64,000 bases of DNA from an uncultured candidate division Zixibacteria bacterium (lineage in GTDB: Bacteria; Zixibacteria; MSB-5A5; UBA10806; 4484-95): the NCBI GenBank assembly GCA_963668625.2, contig CAXXKA010000008.1:1120001-1184000 (forward strand), written 5' to 3'. Positions within the stretch are counted from its first letter, which is position 1. Each line of letters starts with the position of its first letter. This document shows, piece by piece, positions 19,617 to 28,455 of the stretch. The position numbers and the translations under genes were made by a program. The notes beneath the pieces were generated by a model, which searched no databases, was not told the DNA's origin, and saw only the letters and a program-made list of their open reading frames with translations.

Positions 19617-20349
19617 TTTCTATAACCAAGCAACCGAGGCAATCGGTAACGCCAATCATGTCGTGGCTTTCACCGGCGCGGGTATATCCGTTGAAAGCGG
19701 CATACCTCCGTTTCGCGGACAGGGCGGCTTGTGGAACAGGTACGATCCTGAGTTGCTGGAGATCGGGTATTTTCTTTCCAATCCCATAGAATCGTGGAAA
19801 GTTATACGCGAGATATTCTTCGATAAATTCATGGATGCCCGGCCCAACGCGGCTCATCTGCTACTGGCCGATATGGAAAAGGCTGGTATGTTAAAATCGG
19901 TAATCACACAAAATATCGATAACCTTCACCAGATGGCCGGTAGTCAGGTGGTTTACGAATTTCACGGAAATTGTCAGAAATTACTCTGCCTCGATTGTCA
20001 TAACGTGCATCTCGCGCAGGAAATAGATCTAAACGCCGATCCGCCCTCATGCCCCAACTGTGGCGGGCTGTTGAAACCGGATTTCATATTTTTCGGCGAA
20101 CCGATCCCCAAGAACGCGTATACCATGTCGGTTAAGGAGGCGACTGCCGCGGATGTCCTGATGATTATCGGGACAACCGGCGAGATTATGCCGGCGGCCT
20201 CGATACCTCATCTGGCGAAAATAAACGGCGCGATGATTATAGAAATAAATCCGCAAAGTTCGAATTATACCGGAGTCATCACGGATATTTTCATTCAAGC
20301 CGGCGCGGTGGAGGCCTCGATGGTTATTAGGGGACTATTGGGCGTATAA
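19609..20349 (+). CDS. cobB: NAD-dependent protein deacylase (Sir2/CobB)
   Basis: TGAGISVESGIPPFRG, TQNIDNLH, HG, two CxxC pairs and FFGE. Confidence 0.9.
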   Translation: MADFYNQATEAIGNANHVVAFTGAGISVESGIPPFRGQGGLWNRYDPELLEIGYFLSNPIESWKVIREIFFDKFMDARPNAAHLLLADMEKAGMLKSVITQNIDNLHQMAGSQVVYEFHGNCQKLLCLDCHNVHLAQEIDLNADPPSCPNCGGLLKPDFIFFGEPIPKNAYTMSVKEATAADVLMIIGTTGEIMPAASIPHLAKINGAMIIEINPQSSNYTGVITDIFIQAGAVEASMVIRGLLGV

Positions 20350-20597
20350 TTTCAGGCAATAAATTACTCTTTTGGTACATTTATAACACCAATTATGATA
20401 TTAAAAGGTTCTATAGTTTAATTTTATGACGATTAATAGTATCATATGGCTGATAATGTGATTAATGATGATTTTAATATCAAAGTATTATTAAGCCTTT
20501 AAAAAATATTCGGAAGTATTCGTAAAATAGTTGACTTAGGAATAGAATTGTTTAGATTCCCGGCGTTTGTTTAACCTGATTAACAGGATTGGTGTTA

Positions 20598-22148
20598 ATG
20601 ACAGATTCTAAGATAAATAATTTACGTAGTAAGCGTGCCGAACTTTCTAAAGGCGGCGGGGATAAACGAATCGAGAAGCAACATTCGTTGGGCAAACTAA
20701 CGGCCCGCGAGCGTATCGATTTGCTTTACGAACCGGGTACTTTTCGTGAATCGCTATTATTCATGAAACATCGCTGCACGAGTTTCGGCATGGCCAAGAA
20801 AGAATTTCCCGGAGAGGGAGTAATTACCGGTACCGGCCTGGTAGATAATCGACCGGTTTATGTCGCCAGCCAGGATTTTACGGTTGGTGGCGGTTCGGTC
20901 GGCGAGGCTAGCGCGAGGAAAATTCAGGAGGCGATGAGCGCCGCTATGAAAACGGGCGATCCGTTCGTGATGATAAACGATTCGGGCGGCGCGCGGATTC
21001 AGGAGGGCGTTGACGCTCTGGATGGTTACGGTGGAATTTTCTATCGTAACGTATTGCTTTCCGGAGTAGTACCGCAGATAAGCATAATAGCCGGGCCATG
21101 CGCCGGAGGAGCGGCTTATTCGCCGGCACTGACTGATTTTATCATTCAGATTCGTAACGAGGGGCAGATGTTCATAACCGGGCCGAGCGTCATCAAAGAG
21201 GTGACCGGCGAGGAGATAACCTCGGAGCAGCTCGGCGGCGTCGAGAGCCATGCGTACTATTCGGGCGTAGTGCACTTTATTGCCGAGGACGACGAAGACG
21301 CTATCGCAATCACCAAGCGTTTGTTATCGTTTTTGCCCAGCAATAATACCGAGGACCCGCCGTTCGATTCCAACCTGTACGAGGATGAAATCGGAGTGGA
21401 TGAAACCCTGGATACTATCGTTCCTGAAGATTCGAAAGAACCATATGACATGCATGATGTGATCTACGGTATCGTCGATCAAGGTGATTTCATGGAGATA
21501 CAGGAGCATTTCGCCAGCAATATCATTATCGGTTTCGGCAGGATAACGGGCCATACGGTCGGAGTCGTAGCTAATCAGCCGAAAGTGAAAGCCGGCGTGC
21601 TCGATATCAATTCCTCGGTTAAAGCGGCGCGTTTTATTCGTTTCTGCAACGCCTTCAATATTCCTATCTTGACTTTCATCGATGTTCCCGGATTCATGCC
21701 CGGCGTACAGCAGGAATACAGCGGTATAATCCGTCACGGCGCCAAGATGCTGTTCGCTTATGCGGCGGCGACAGTGCCGAAAATAACGACCGTGGTGCGC
21801 AAAGCATACGGTGGGGCGTTCCTGGCGATGTGTGCCAAGAGCATGGGCGCGGATACGCTGATAGCCTGGCCAACCGCCGAGATCGCCGTGATGGGCGCCG
21901 AGGGCGCGGTAAACATCCTCTATCGCAAGGAGATCAGCGAGGCCGAGGATGCAGCCGAGGAGAGGAAGAAGAAGATCGATGAGTATAAAGATACATTCGC
22001 TAATCCGTATTTCGCGGCCGCCCGGGGGCTGGTTGATGATATAGTAGTTCCCTCCGAAACCAGGGCTTACATTGCCGCCGTGCTGGAGGTTTTAAAAGCC
22101 AAAAGCGAATTGAGACCTCAGAAAAAGCACGGGCTAATCCCGCTTTAG
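20598..22148 (+). CDS. mmdA: Acyl-CoA carboxyltransferase; alpha subunit of Na+-translocating methylmalonyl-CoA decarboxylase
   Basis: GKLTARERI, DSGGARIQEG, GPCAGGAAY, DVPGFMPG and KKHGLIPL; operon context. Confidence 0.85.
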   Translation: MTDSKINNLRSKRAELSKGGGDKRIEKQHSLGKLTARERIDLLYEPGTFRESLLFMKHRCTSFGMAKKEFPGEGVITGTGLVDNRPVYVASQDFTVGGGSVGEASARKIQEAMSAAMKTGDPFVMINDSGGARIQEGVDALDGYGGIFYRNVLLSGVVPQISIIAGPCAGGAAYSPALTDFIIQIRNEGQMFITGPSVIKEVTGEEITSEQLGGVESHAYYSGVVHFIAEDDEDAIAITKRLLSFLPSNNTEDPPFDSNLYEDEIGVDETLDTIVPEDSKEPYDMHDVIYGIVDQGDFMEIQEHFASNIIIGFGRITGHTVGVVANQPKVKAGVLDINSSVKAARFIRFCNAFNIPILTFIDVPGFMPGVQQEYSGIIRHGAKMLFAYAAATVPKITTVVRKAYGGAFLAMCAKSMGADTLIAWPTAEIAVMGAEGAVNILYRKEISEAEDAAEERKKKIDEYKDTFANPYFAAARGLVDDIVVPSETRAYIAAVLEVLKAKSELRPQKKHGLIPL

Positions 22149-22151
22149 GGG

Positions 22152-22505
22152 ATGGGGATTATGGAAGGTATGGAATTTATTCTAAGATTTTCGGCTATCG
22201 GTATCGCGATCGTTTTCGTTTCTTTGAGCATTATCGCTATCGCTATCACCTGGATAAGGAAAGCGGATGAGGGCTGGCAAGCCAAAGAAATAAAGCTGGA
22301 GGAGAAAGCTCTGGAAAGCGAACAGACAGTCGATACCACCACTCTCGTGCTCATAAGCGCAGCCTGCGCTACGATAATAGGTGGAAAGTTTTTCATACGA
22401 AGCGTCAGGCGGTTAAGGCCAATCGGGGGAGCTCCGGGTTCATGGTCTCGTCAGGGACGATCCGTGCTATTAGGTTCTCATATTGTCGGAAAGAAAAGAA
22501 GATAG
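22152..22505 (+). CDS. OadG/MmdD-type membrane anchor subunit
   Basis: Single TM GIAIVFVSLSII, then LVLISAA and WSRQGR. Confidence 0.8.
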   Translation: MGIMEGMEFILRFSAIGIAIVFVSLSIIAIAITWIRKADEGWQAKEIKLEEKALESEQTVDTTTLVLISAACATIIGGKFFIRSVRRLRPIGGAPGSWSRQGRSVLLGSHIVGKKRR

Positions 22506-22535
22506 TCAGTCATATTGATAAAGGATGAATCATAA

Positions 22536-22940
22536 ATGAAACTTAAGATAACTTTACATGGTGTAGCCTACGAGGTCGACGTGGAGATACTGGATGCCGG
22601 CGAGGGTTTCCCGACTCTACCGCCCAGACCCAGGCAACGATCGCAGGCACAGAACGGCGGTCAGGCTGTAGCTCCTGCTCCACTACAAGCAGGCCCATCA
22701 CCTGCACCGGCGGCCAACGGCGGCGGTTCTAACCTGGTTGCCTCGCCCATAGCCGGCATTATCGTCGAGATAAAGTGTAAGCCTGCCGATGTGGTAACGC
22801 AAGGGCAGATATTGCTGGTTATCGAGGCGATGAAAATGAAAACCTCGATAGCCGCGCCCGCTCCCGGTAAGATAAAAAGCGTTCCGGTGGCTGTCGGCGA
22901 TAACGTTCGCGAAAGCCAAACCCTGGTGGAATTTGAATAA
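22536..22940 (+). CDS. mmdC: Biotin carrier subunit (MmdC)
   Basis: EAMKM biotinylation motif and Pro/Ala linker. Confidence 0.9.
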   Translation: MKLKITLHGVAYEVDVEILDAGEGFPTLPPRPRQRSQAQNGGQAVAPAPLQAGPSPAPAANGGGSNLVASPIAGIIVEIKCKPADVVTQGQILLVIEAMKMKTSIAAPAPGKIKSVPVAVGDNVRESQTLVEFE

Positions 22941-22967
22941 GGGGGTAGAATCCCCAGGGAGCAGGTA

Positions 22968-24092
22968 ATGGATATACTATTAAATTTCCTTCATGCGGGG
23001 GCTATTTTCAACATGAGCTGGGGCAACCTGATTATGCTCATCGTTGGTGGAATTTTCATATATCTCGGAATTGCCAAAGACTATGAGCCGCTCTTACTGG
23101 TACCGATCGGTTTCGGTATTCTGGTCGGCAATATCCCGTTTATCGAGGGGATGCGAATCGGGATTTACGAGGAGGGCAGTGTTCTTTCGATACTGTACTC
23201 CGGCGTTACCCAGGGCTGGTATCCCTCGTTAATCTTTTTAGGCATAGGGGCGATGACGGATTTCTCCTGTATGCTGGCCAATCCCAGACTGATATTGTTG
23301 GGAGCGGCCGCACAGGCGGGCATATTCCTGACATTCATAGGCGCTTCGTTGCTGGGGTTCGATTTAAAAGAAGCGGCGGCGATTGGCATTATCGGCGGGG
23401 CGGACGGCCCGACTGCGATTTTCCTTTCCTCTAAACTTGCGCCACATCTTCTGGGCGCGATTGCCGTCTCGGCTTATTCGTATATGGCGCTGGTGCCGGT
23501 TATACAACCGCCGATCATCAAACTTCTGACCACGAAGAAAGAACGCCTGATAAAGATGTTGCCTTCCAAGCCGGTCAGCAAACGGCTCAGAATCATGCTA
23601 CCTATAATCGCGTTCATTATTACCGGTTTTATTGCGCCGGGATCGATTAACCTTCTGGGATTTTTGTTTTTCGGTAACCTTCTGAAAGAAAGCGGCGTAA
23701 CCGAGAGATTGGCAAACACCGCTCGAAACGCCTTTATCGATATGATCACGATTTTGCTGGGTTTGACCGTTGGCGCCTCCACGGATGCCAGCCGGTTTCT
23801 TACTCCGGCCTCGATAAAGATTTTCATACTGGGCGCGTCCTCGTTTATTATCGCCACGGCTGCCGGCGTGCTTTTCGCCAAGTTTATGAACGTCGTCACC
23901 AAAACCCCGTTGAATCCGATTATCGGAGCGGCGGGAGTCTCGGCCGTGCCGGATTCGGCCAGGGTTTGCCAGATGGTGGGGGCTAAAGAGGATCCCAACA
24001 ATTTCCTGATCATGCATGCTATGGCGCCTAACGTAGCCGGTGTTATCGGTTCTGCGGTTGGCGCGGGAATTCTTCTGGCGACATTCGGATAG
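22968..24092 (+). CDS. mmdB: Na+-transporting decarboxylase beta subunit
   Basis: EPLLLVPIGFG, IGIIGGADGPT and MAPNVAGVIGS. Confidence 0.92.
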   Translation: MDILLNFLHAGAIFNMSWGNLIMLIVGGIFIYLGIAKDYEPLLLVPIGFGILVGNIPFIEGMRIGIYEEGSVLSILYSGVTQGWYPSLIFLGIGAMTDFSCMLANPRLILLGAAAQAGIFLTFIGASLLGFDLKEAAAIGIIGGADGPTAIFLSSKLAPHLLGAIAVSAYSYMALVPVIQPPIIKLLTTKKERLIKMLPSKPVSKRLRIMLPIIAFIITGFIAPGSINLLGFLFFGNLLKESGVTERLANTARNAFIDMITILLGLTVGASTDASRFLTPASIKIFILGASSFIIATAAGVLFAKFMNVVTKTPLNPIIGAAGVSAVPDSARVCQMVGAKEDPNNFLIMHAMAPNVAGVIGSAVGAGILLATFG

Positions 24093-24121
24093 TACGAATA
24101 TTTATACTATGGATAAAATAT

Positions 24122-24151
24122 AAGCCGGGCTGTTTAGATAGCCCGGCTTTT
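24122..24151. terminator. Terminator hairpin between convergent genes
   Basis: AAGCCGGGCT-N8-AGCCCGGCTT followed by TT. Confidence 0.7.
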
Positions 24152-24207
24152 GCAAGCAATGAACCTTTGGTGAAAAGGTATTAATGAGTTTATTTCTTAT
24201 GTTCTAT

Positions 24208-24990
24208 CTAAAACCATCTGATACGATCTAGTTCCTCGATCTCATCTTTCAGTTCATCAGCCATATCATTAAGCTCATCGGCTAAATCCTCAATTTCCTC
24301 GGCTGCGTTTTCCAATCTGTCGGCATCCTCCTCCAGGTACTCGGCCTCATCCTCAATGTCTTCCTCAAGGTCTTCGAGTTCCTCTAGAGCGCGCCGGGAG
24401 AACAGTGCGCTTAAAGCATCCTTGGCAGCTCTTAAACCAAGTTTAGCTCCGGCTATACCTATTTTTGCGCCTTTCTCGCCGACAATCATGGCTTTCTCTT
24501 CAAGCTCTTCGGCTATATCGTAATATTTCCTGAGTTTCTCTTTCTGGGCGGGTGTCGTGATGATACGATCGTGGTTGATATACAGGTCGCCTTCTTTGGT
24601 GATCTCAATTTCCTGACCGTAGCGGCCTCGTTCTTGCCTGATAATTACGCTGCCATTTTCGATATCGAAAGTATGTATATCGCGATCGGAGTGGTTGTAG
24701 AAAACGTAAGGCTCATCGAACAGGTCGCCGTCGAAAAAGAGGTTATACCCGGGACCGACCTCATACTCGTAATCATAGTCATAGTCATAGTCGTAATCGT
24801 GGTCAAAATCGAAATCGAAATCGAAATCGAAGTCAAAATCATCATCATAGGCGTAGTAATACTTATAATCGTCGCTTTCATGCTTATGATACTTATAAGG
24901 TTTAACCTTGACTTTATCGTATTCGCCGGGAGCGGCAATAGTTGTGGTTATCAGGAGAAGGCTTAGTATAGCCGTGATAAATATTCTCAT
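24208..24990 (-). CDS. Secreted YggN/DUF2884-like protein with an Asp-aromatic dipeptide repeat
   Basis: SD GGAGGAG before ATG24990; signal peptide MRIFITAILSLLLITTTIA; EITKEGDLYIN...QKEKLRKYY; acidic coiled-coil C-terminus. Confidence 0.7.
   Translation of the reverse strand: MRIFITAILSLLLITTTIAAPGEYDKVKVKPYKYHKHESDDYKYYYAYDDDFDFDFDFDFDFDHDYDYDYDYDYEYEVGPGYNLFFDGDLFDEPYVFYNHSDRDIHTFDIENGSVIIRQERGRYGQEIEITKEGDLYINHDRIITTPAQKEKLRKYYDIAEELEEKAMIVGEKGAKIGIAGAKLGLRAAKDALSALFSRRALEELEDLEEDIEDEAEYLEEDADRLENAAEEIEDLADELNDMADELKDEIEELDRIRWF
24762..24848 (-). repeat. In-frame hexamer tandem repeats encoding DDDFDFDFDFDFDHDYDYDYDYDYEYE
   Basis: (TCGAAA)n and (TCATAG)n arrays on the + strand. Confidence 0.9.
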
Positions 24991-25169
24991 TTGGCTCCTC
25001 CATTTTAAAGGTTGTAGCTTAACTACGAAAATCGGCGTAATTGGTTGCAGAAAAGTGAAAGATAATGGAGTGTGTGGTATTATATAAGTGTGATCTAAAA
25101 TGCCGATACTAAGCGGGTAAACATAATGGCATTGATAGCATTCTTTTATTTTATAGCCTTTTAAGTTGG

Positions 25170-25388
25170 TTACGATTGAGGCGCGCCTGCCGGGCAGCCA
25201 TCCGGGCGAAGCGTGCATTTTTCAGGGCAGGCCGGGTATTCGGCCAGGGGATCGTTTTCCGGTTCTATATCAGCAAGTATCGCGCCGAGTTGAATCATAT
25301 TGCCGTATTTGTCATTTATCAGCAGCGTATTTTTTCCGAGTTTGCCAGGACCGGCTAAGCAGCCGGCGTAACGGAGAGAAAGTATTCC
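25170..25388 (-). pseudogene. Remnant of an epoxyqueuosine-reductase (QueG)-like Fe-S protein
   Basis: Translates GILSLRYAGCLAGPGKLGKNTLLINDKYGNMIQLGAILADIEPENDPLAEYPACPEKCTLRPDGCPAGAPQS*. It is an internal fragment with no N-terminus and an eroded CxxCxxxCP motif. Confidence 0.65.
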
Positions 25389-25432
25389 CGACGACTTGCA
25401 ACAAAAGAGGAGGATAGTAGTATCTGAACTGA

Positions 25433-26425
25433 TCAGATATGGAATTCGATTATATCTTTATCGGATAAAACGAAGCTGTTTTTCACCCGTTGTCCCTCGT
25501 GTTTGCCATCCCCCCAGACCTTGGCGAACTGCATCTTGTGAGCGAAATCCTTATGCAGGGAAAAAGCGGCTTCCTCGACAGTACCTCCTATGGGCAGTAT
25601 TATCGGGTCGACAAACTCCGGGTCGTGGCCGACTTTCTTGGTATATACTCGTATGATGCCCAGCGAATCGAATATAGTACTTTGGAACGCTATGATCGAA
25701 TCATCATCCAGAATCGAGGTCGGGATGATAGTGAAATCGGAGTAGAGCCGTTTAAGTTTCTCCAGCCCCGGTAGCCCGTCATCCATATATTTATGCCCGG
25801 CTATGAGTGTTTTCTTGTAAGCGAACCGGGGGTCATCGGTCTCCTCGGGGGGCTTGGAGGTCAGGATAATTCGTTTTTCCTCCAGACGGTCAAACATCGT
25901 TTTTAACCTTACCTCGAATCCCGGCGTGGAGACATCAACGACCACCACGATTATATCGCCCTCGCGTAGCAGGCTGGGCATGAACGTATCGAATAGTTCC
26001 TCCGATATCGGCGGGGTATCGATAAGCTGGTACTGTACGGTATCGTACAGCATCATACCGGCCAGCGGTTTGGTGGTGGAGTAGGGATAGTCGGCGATCA
26101 TCGGCTCGGCGTTGGTCAGGTAATCTAACATGGTTGATTTGCCTGAGTTCGGCGGACCGATTAGTAATATTTGCGCCGCGCCCTCTTTATCGATATGCGA
26201 GAACGGGTCGACCTGGCGGGCGCCGTGCTTTTTACCGCCGCCTTGTATTTGCTTATTCAGCGCGGATATTTTGGCTTTCATCTCCGCCTGAAGTTTATCC
26301 GTGCCCTTGTGTTTGGGCATCAGGGCAAAAAGCTCTTTAGCCAGGCGAAGTTTCTCGCGCGGATCGGATTCCTTTTTGAACTCGCGTTCGAGCTCGTAAT
26401 AATGAGGGGGTAAATTCGCGGGCAT
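25433..26425 (-). CDS. DRG/Obg-family GTP-binding protein with TGS domain
   Basis: MPANLP start, PKHKGTDKL, GPPNSGKST, YPYSTT, IRVYTK and TGS C-terminus. Confidence 0.88.
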   Translation of the reverse strand: MPANLPPHYYELEREFKKESDPREKLRLAKELFALMPKHKGTDKLQAEMKAKISALNKQIQGGGKKHGARQVDPFSHIDKEGAAQILLIGPPNSGKSTMLDYLTNAEPMIADYPYSTTKPLAGMMLYDTVQYQLIDTPPISEELFDTFMPSLLREGDIIVVVVDVSTPGFEVRLKTMFDRLEEKRIILTSKPPEETDDPRFAYKKTLIAGHKYMDDGLPGLEKLKRLYSDFTIIPTSILDDDSIIAFQSTIFDSLGIIRVYTKKVGHDPEFVDPIILPIGGTVEEAAFSLHKDFAHKMQFAKVWGDGKHEGQRVKNSFVLSDKDIIEFHI

Positions 26426-26469
26426 AAGATCACCTCCTGCTATAAATATATGGATGGTGAATTGTTAGA

Positions 26470-26710
26470 TCAAGGGAAAAGGCCAATCCCGAATCACCGG
26501 TTCCTGAGATTATCACTACTTCGCAAAACGTGTAAGAGGGAAGTTCTTTAGCAAATCATACCGATGTATAAGTGCTGTTATACCAGGGTGTATCCTGGAT
26601 ATCTCCGGTTGAGTAGAACCGTGGCTCGATCACGTTGTATTTATCGCAACTTGTAATAGCTAATAATACAGGCTTATTCCCGTGAGGATGTAAATCTTTG
26701 ATTTATCCAT
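26470..26710 (-). pseudogene. Possible decayed lipoprotein gene
   Basis: GGAGA SD, then MDKSKIYILTGISL and, after a frameshift, LLAITSCDKYNVIEPRFYS... with an internal TGA. Confidence 0.35.
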
Positions 26711-26750
26711 ATTTTAATAGATCTCCACGTTTGAGTTAAGATACGAGCAA

Positions 26751-26766
26751 TTGACCGATTGGTCAA
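26751..26766. promoter_or_regulatory. Palindromic operator-like site
   Basis: TTGACC-GATT-GGTCAA in the divergent intergenic region. Confidence 0.45.
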
Positions 26767-26788
26767 CGGTATTTAATCCTGAATATCT

Positions 26789-27799
26789 TTGCAGTTGACT
26801 TTTAACATAAAATCCGTATCTATAAACGTGTTTAGTCTCATAACAAGCAAATCGAAAAGCATCTTATGCGCATTCAGCCTGTTTATTATAATCATGCTGT
26901 CAATACCTATGTTATCGTATGCCGATGAGGTCGGTGTCACCTCGGATACGCTTATTGATGAGAGCGCCACAGACACTACTGTTGCGATGATCGAGCAGCC
27001 TGTCGAAAATGAAGCGCAGGTTTCTGCCGTAAGATGGGATCGCTTGAACGCGCTGATATTTATGATGCTGTTCTCTGTGGTGATTTTAATCTACACCAAA
27101 TGGGCCAGGCAGGGTAAGAACCTATTTATCCGTAAGATAAACGGCCTGGATGAAGTCGAGGAGGCAGTCGGCCGGGCTACCGAGATGGGTAAACCGGTGC
27201 TGTTCATCCCCGGCCTTCAGGAGCTTGATGAGATAGAGACTATTGCCGGGGTTTCCATACTCGGGCGAGTGGCTCGTATTACAGCCCGTTACGGCACGCC
27301 GCTTCTGGTGCCTGTCAGGTATCCGCTGGTGCTGGCGGCCGGACAGGAGGTGGTAGAGCAGGCTTACAACGAGGAAGGCAATCCCGAGGGGTACAACCGC
27401 GACATGGTGCGTTACGTAGCCGGTGAGCAGTTCGCTTTTACGGCCACCGTTAACGGTATCATGATGAGGGAGCGTCCGGCCACCAATATCTACATGGGCG
27501 CGTTTTTCGCCGAATCGTTGCTTCTGGCCGAAACCGGCAACGCCGCCGGTTCGATACAGATAGCCGGTACGGCGCAGCCCTCGCAGTTGCCGTTTTTCGT
27601 AGCCGCCTGCGATTACACCCTGATGGGCGAGGAGCTATACGCCGCCAGCGCATATCTTTCGCATGAACCTTTGCTTCTTGGCGGACTTAAAGGCCAGGAC
27701 TGGATGAAGATAGTACTCGTGATTTTGATTATAGTAGGTATCGTACTCGTAAGTATGGGGTACGGCGAAACATTCTTGAGTTTGTTCGATAGCGTATGA
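26789..27799 (+). CDS. DUF6754-like membrane protein (start uncertain, possibly 26828 or 26894)
   Basis: FIRKINGLDEVEEAVGRATEMGKPV, QLPFFVAACDYTLMGEELYAASAYLS and GQDWMK. Confidence 0.75.
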   Translation: MQLTFNIKSVSINVFSLITSKSKSILCAFSLFIIIMLSIPMLSYADEVGVTSDTLIDESATDTTVAMIEQPVENEAQVSAVRWDRLNALIFMMLFSVVILIYTKWARQGKNLFIRKINGLDEVEEAVGRATEMGKPVLFIPGLQELDEIETIAGVSILGRVARITARYGTPLLVPVRYPLVLAAGQEVVEQAYNEEGNPEGYNRDMVRYVAGEQFAFTATVNGIMMRERPATNIYMGAFFAESLLLAETGNAAGSIQIAGTAQPSQLPFFVAACDYTLMGEELYAASAYLSHEPLLLGGLKGQDWMKIVLVILIIVGIVLVSMGYGETFLSLFDSV

Positions 27800-28455
27800 A
27801 AACTACTGTTCCCGTAATAATAGCGTTTCTCTCGGGTTTCGCGATGATAATCTCGTTTTTTTTCAATCCCGAAACCAGCTTTATCGGTAATCTGGAACCA
27901 GAGGTTTTAAGCTGGGTGACAATTGTCGGTGGTTTTACTTTGCTGCTGGGTGTGGTCTCCATCGTGAGAGTTAACTACACCGCCGTGAAACGTAGAAACG
28001 AGGGCTGGGGTTACAAACTTGCGACACTGATCTCGGTGTTCGTGATGGCCATTCCGGCGATTATCCCCTCGAGTGTTTCGCCGCTTTTCGGCACCAGAGT
28101 CGGCTCGATATACGACTGGTTGTTCAACTATCTCGATGCTCCCATGATGTCTACCATGTTTGCCATGCTTGCGTTTTATATCGCCTCGGCCGCTTTTCGG
28201 GCGTTCAGGGCGCGCAATACCGAGGCTACGCTGCTTCTGGTTACTGCGGTTATCGTAATGCTGTGGCGAATTCCCATGGGCGAGATAGCTCTTAAATCGA
28301 TTCATGAAAGCCTACCCTCGCTGATTAATATCTACATTATGAACGGTATCAACATGGCGGTGCAGCGCGGAATCATTATCGGCGCGGCCCTGGGTGCGGC
28401 AGCGATGTCGCTTCGAATATTACTTGGCATAGAACGCACGTATATGGGGAAATAG
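27796..28455 (+). CDS. Conserved membrane protein of the DUF6754 cluster
   Basis: ATGA overlap; TMFAMLAFYIASAAFRAFRARN and RILLGIER. Confidence 0.75.
   Translation: MKTTVPVIIAFLSGFAMIISFFFNPETSFIGNLEPEVLSWVTIVGGFTLLLGVVSIVRVNYTAVKRRNEGWGYKLATLISVFVMAIPAIIPSSVSPLFGTRVGSIYDWLFNYLDAPMMSTMFAMLAFYIASAAFRAFRARNTEATLLLVTAVIVMLWRIPMGEIALKSIHESLPSLINIYIMNGINMAVQRGIIIGAALGAAAMSLRILLGIERTYMGK

Noticed and set aside
24762-24848. Tandem repeats as a CRISPR array
   Set aside because: These are hexamer repeats inside a CDS, with no spacers and no cas genes.
24991-25218. N-terminal extension of the 24208..25218 ORF
   Set aside because: The SD and signal peptide indicate ATG24990; the extension overlaps AT-rich promoter DNA and the QueG-like remnant.
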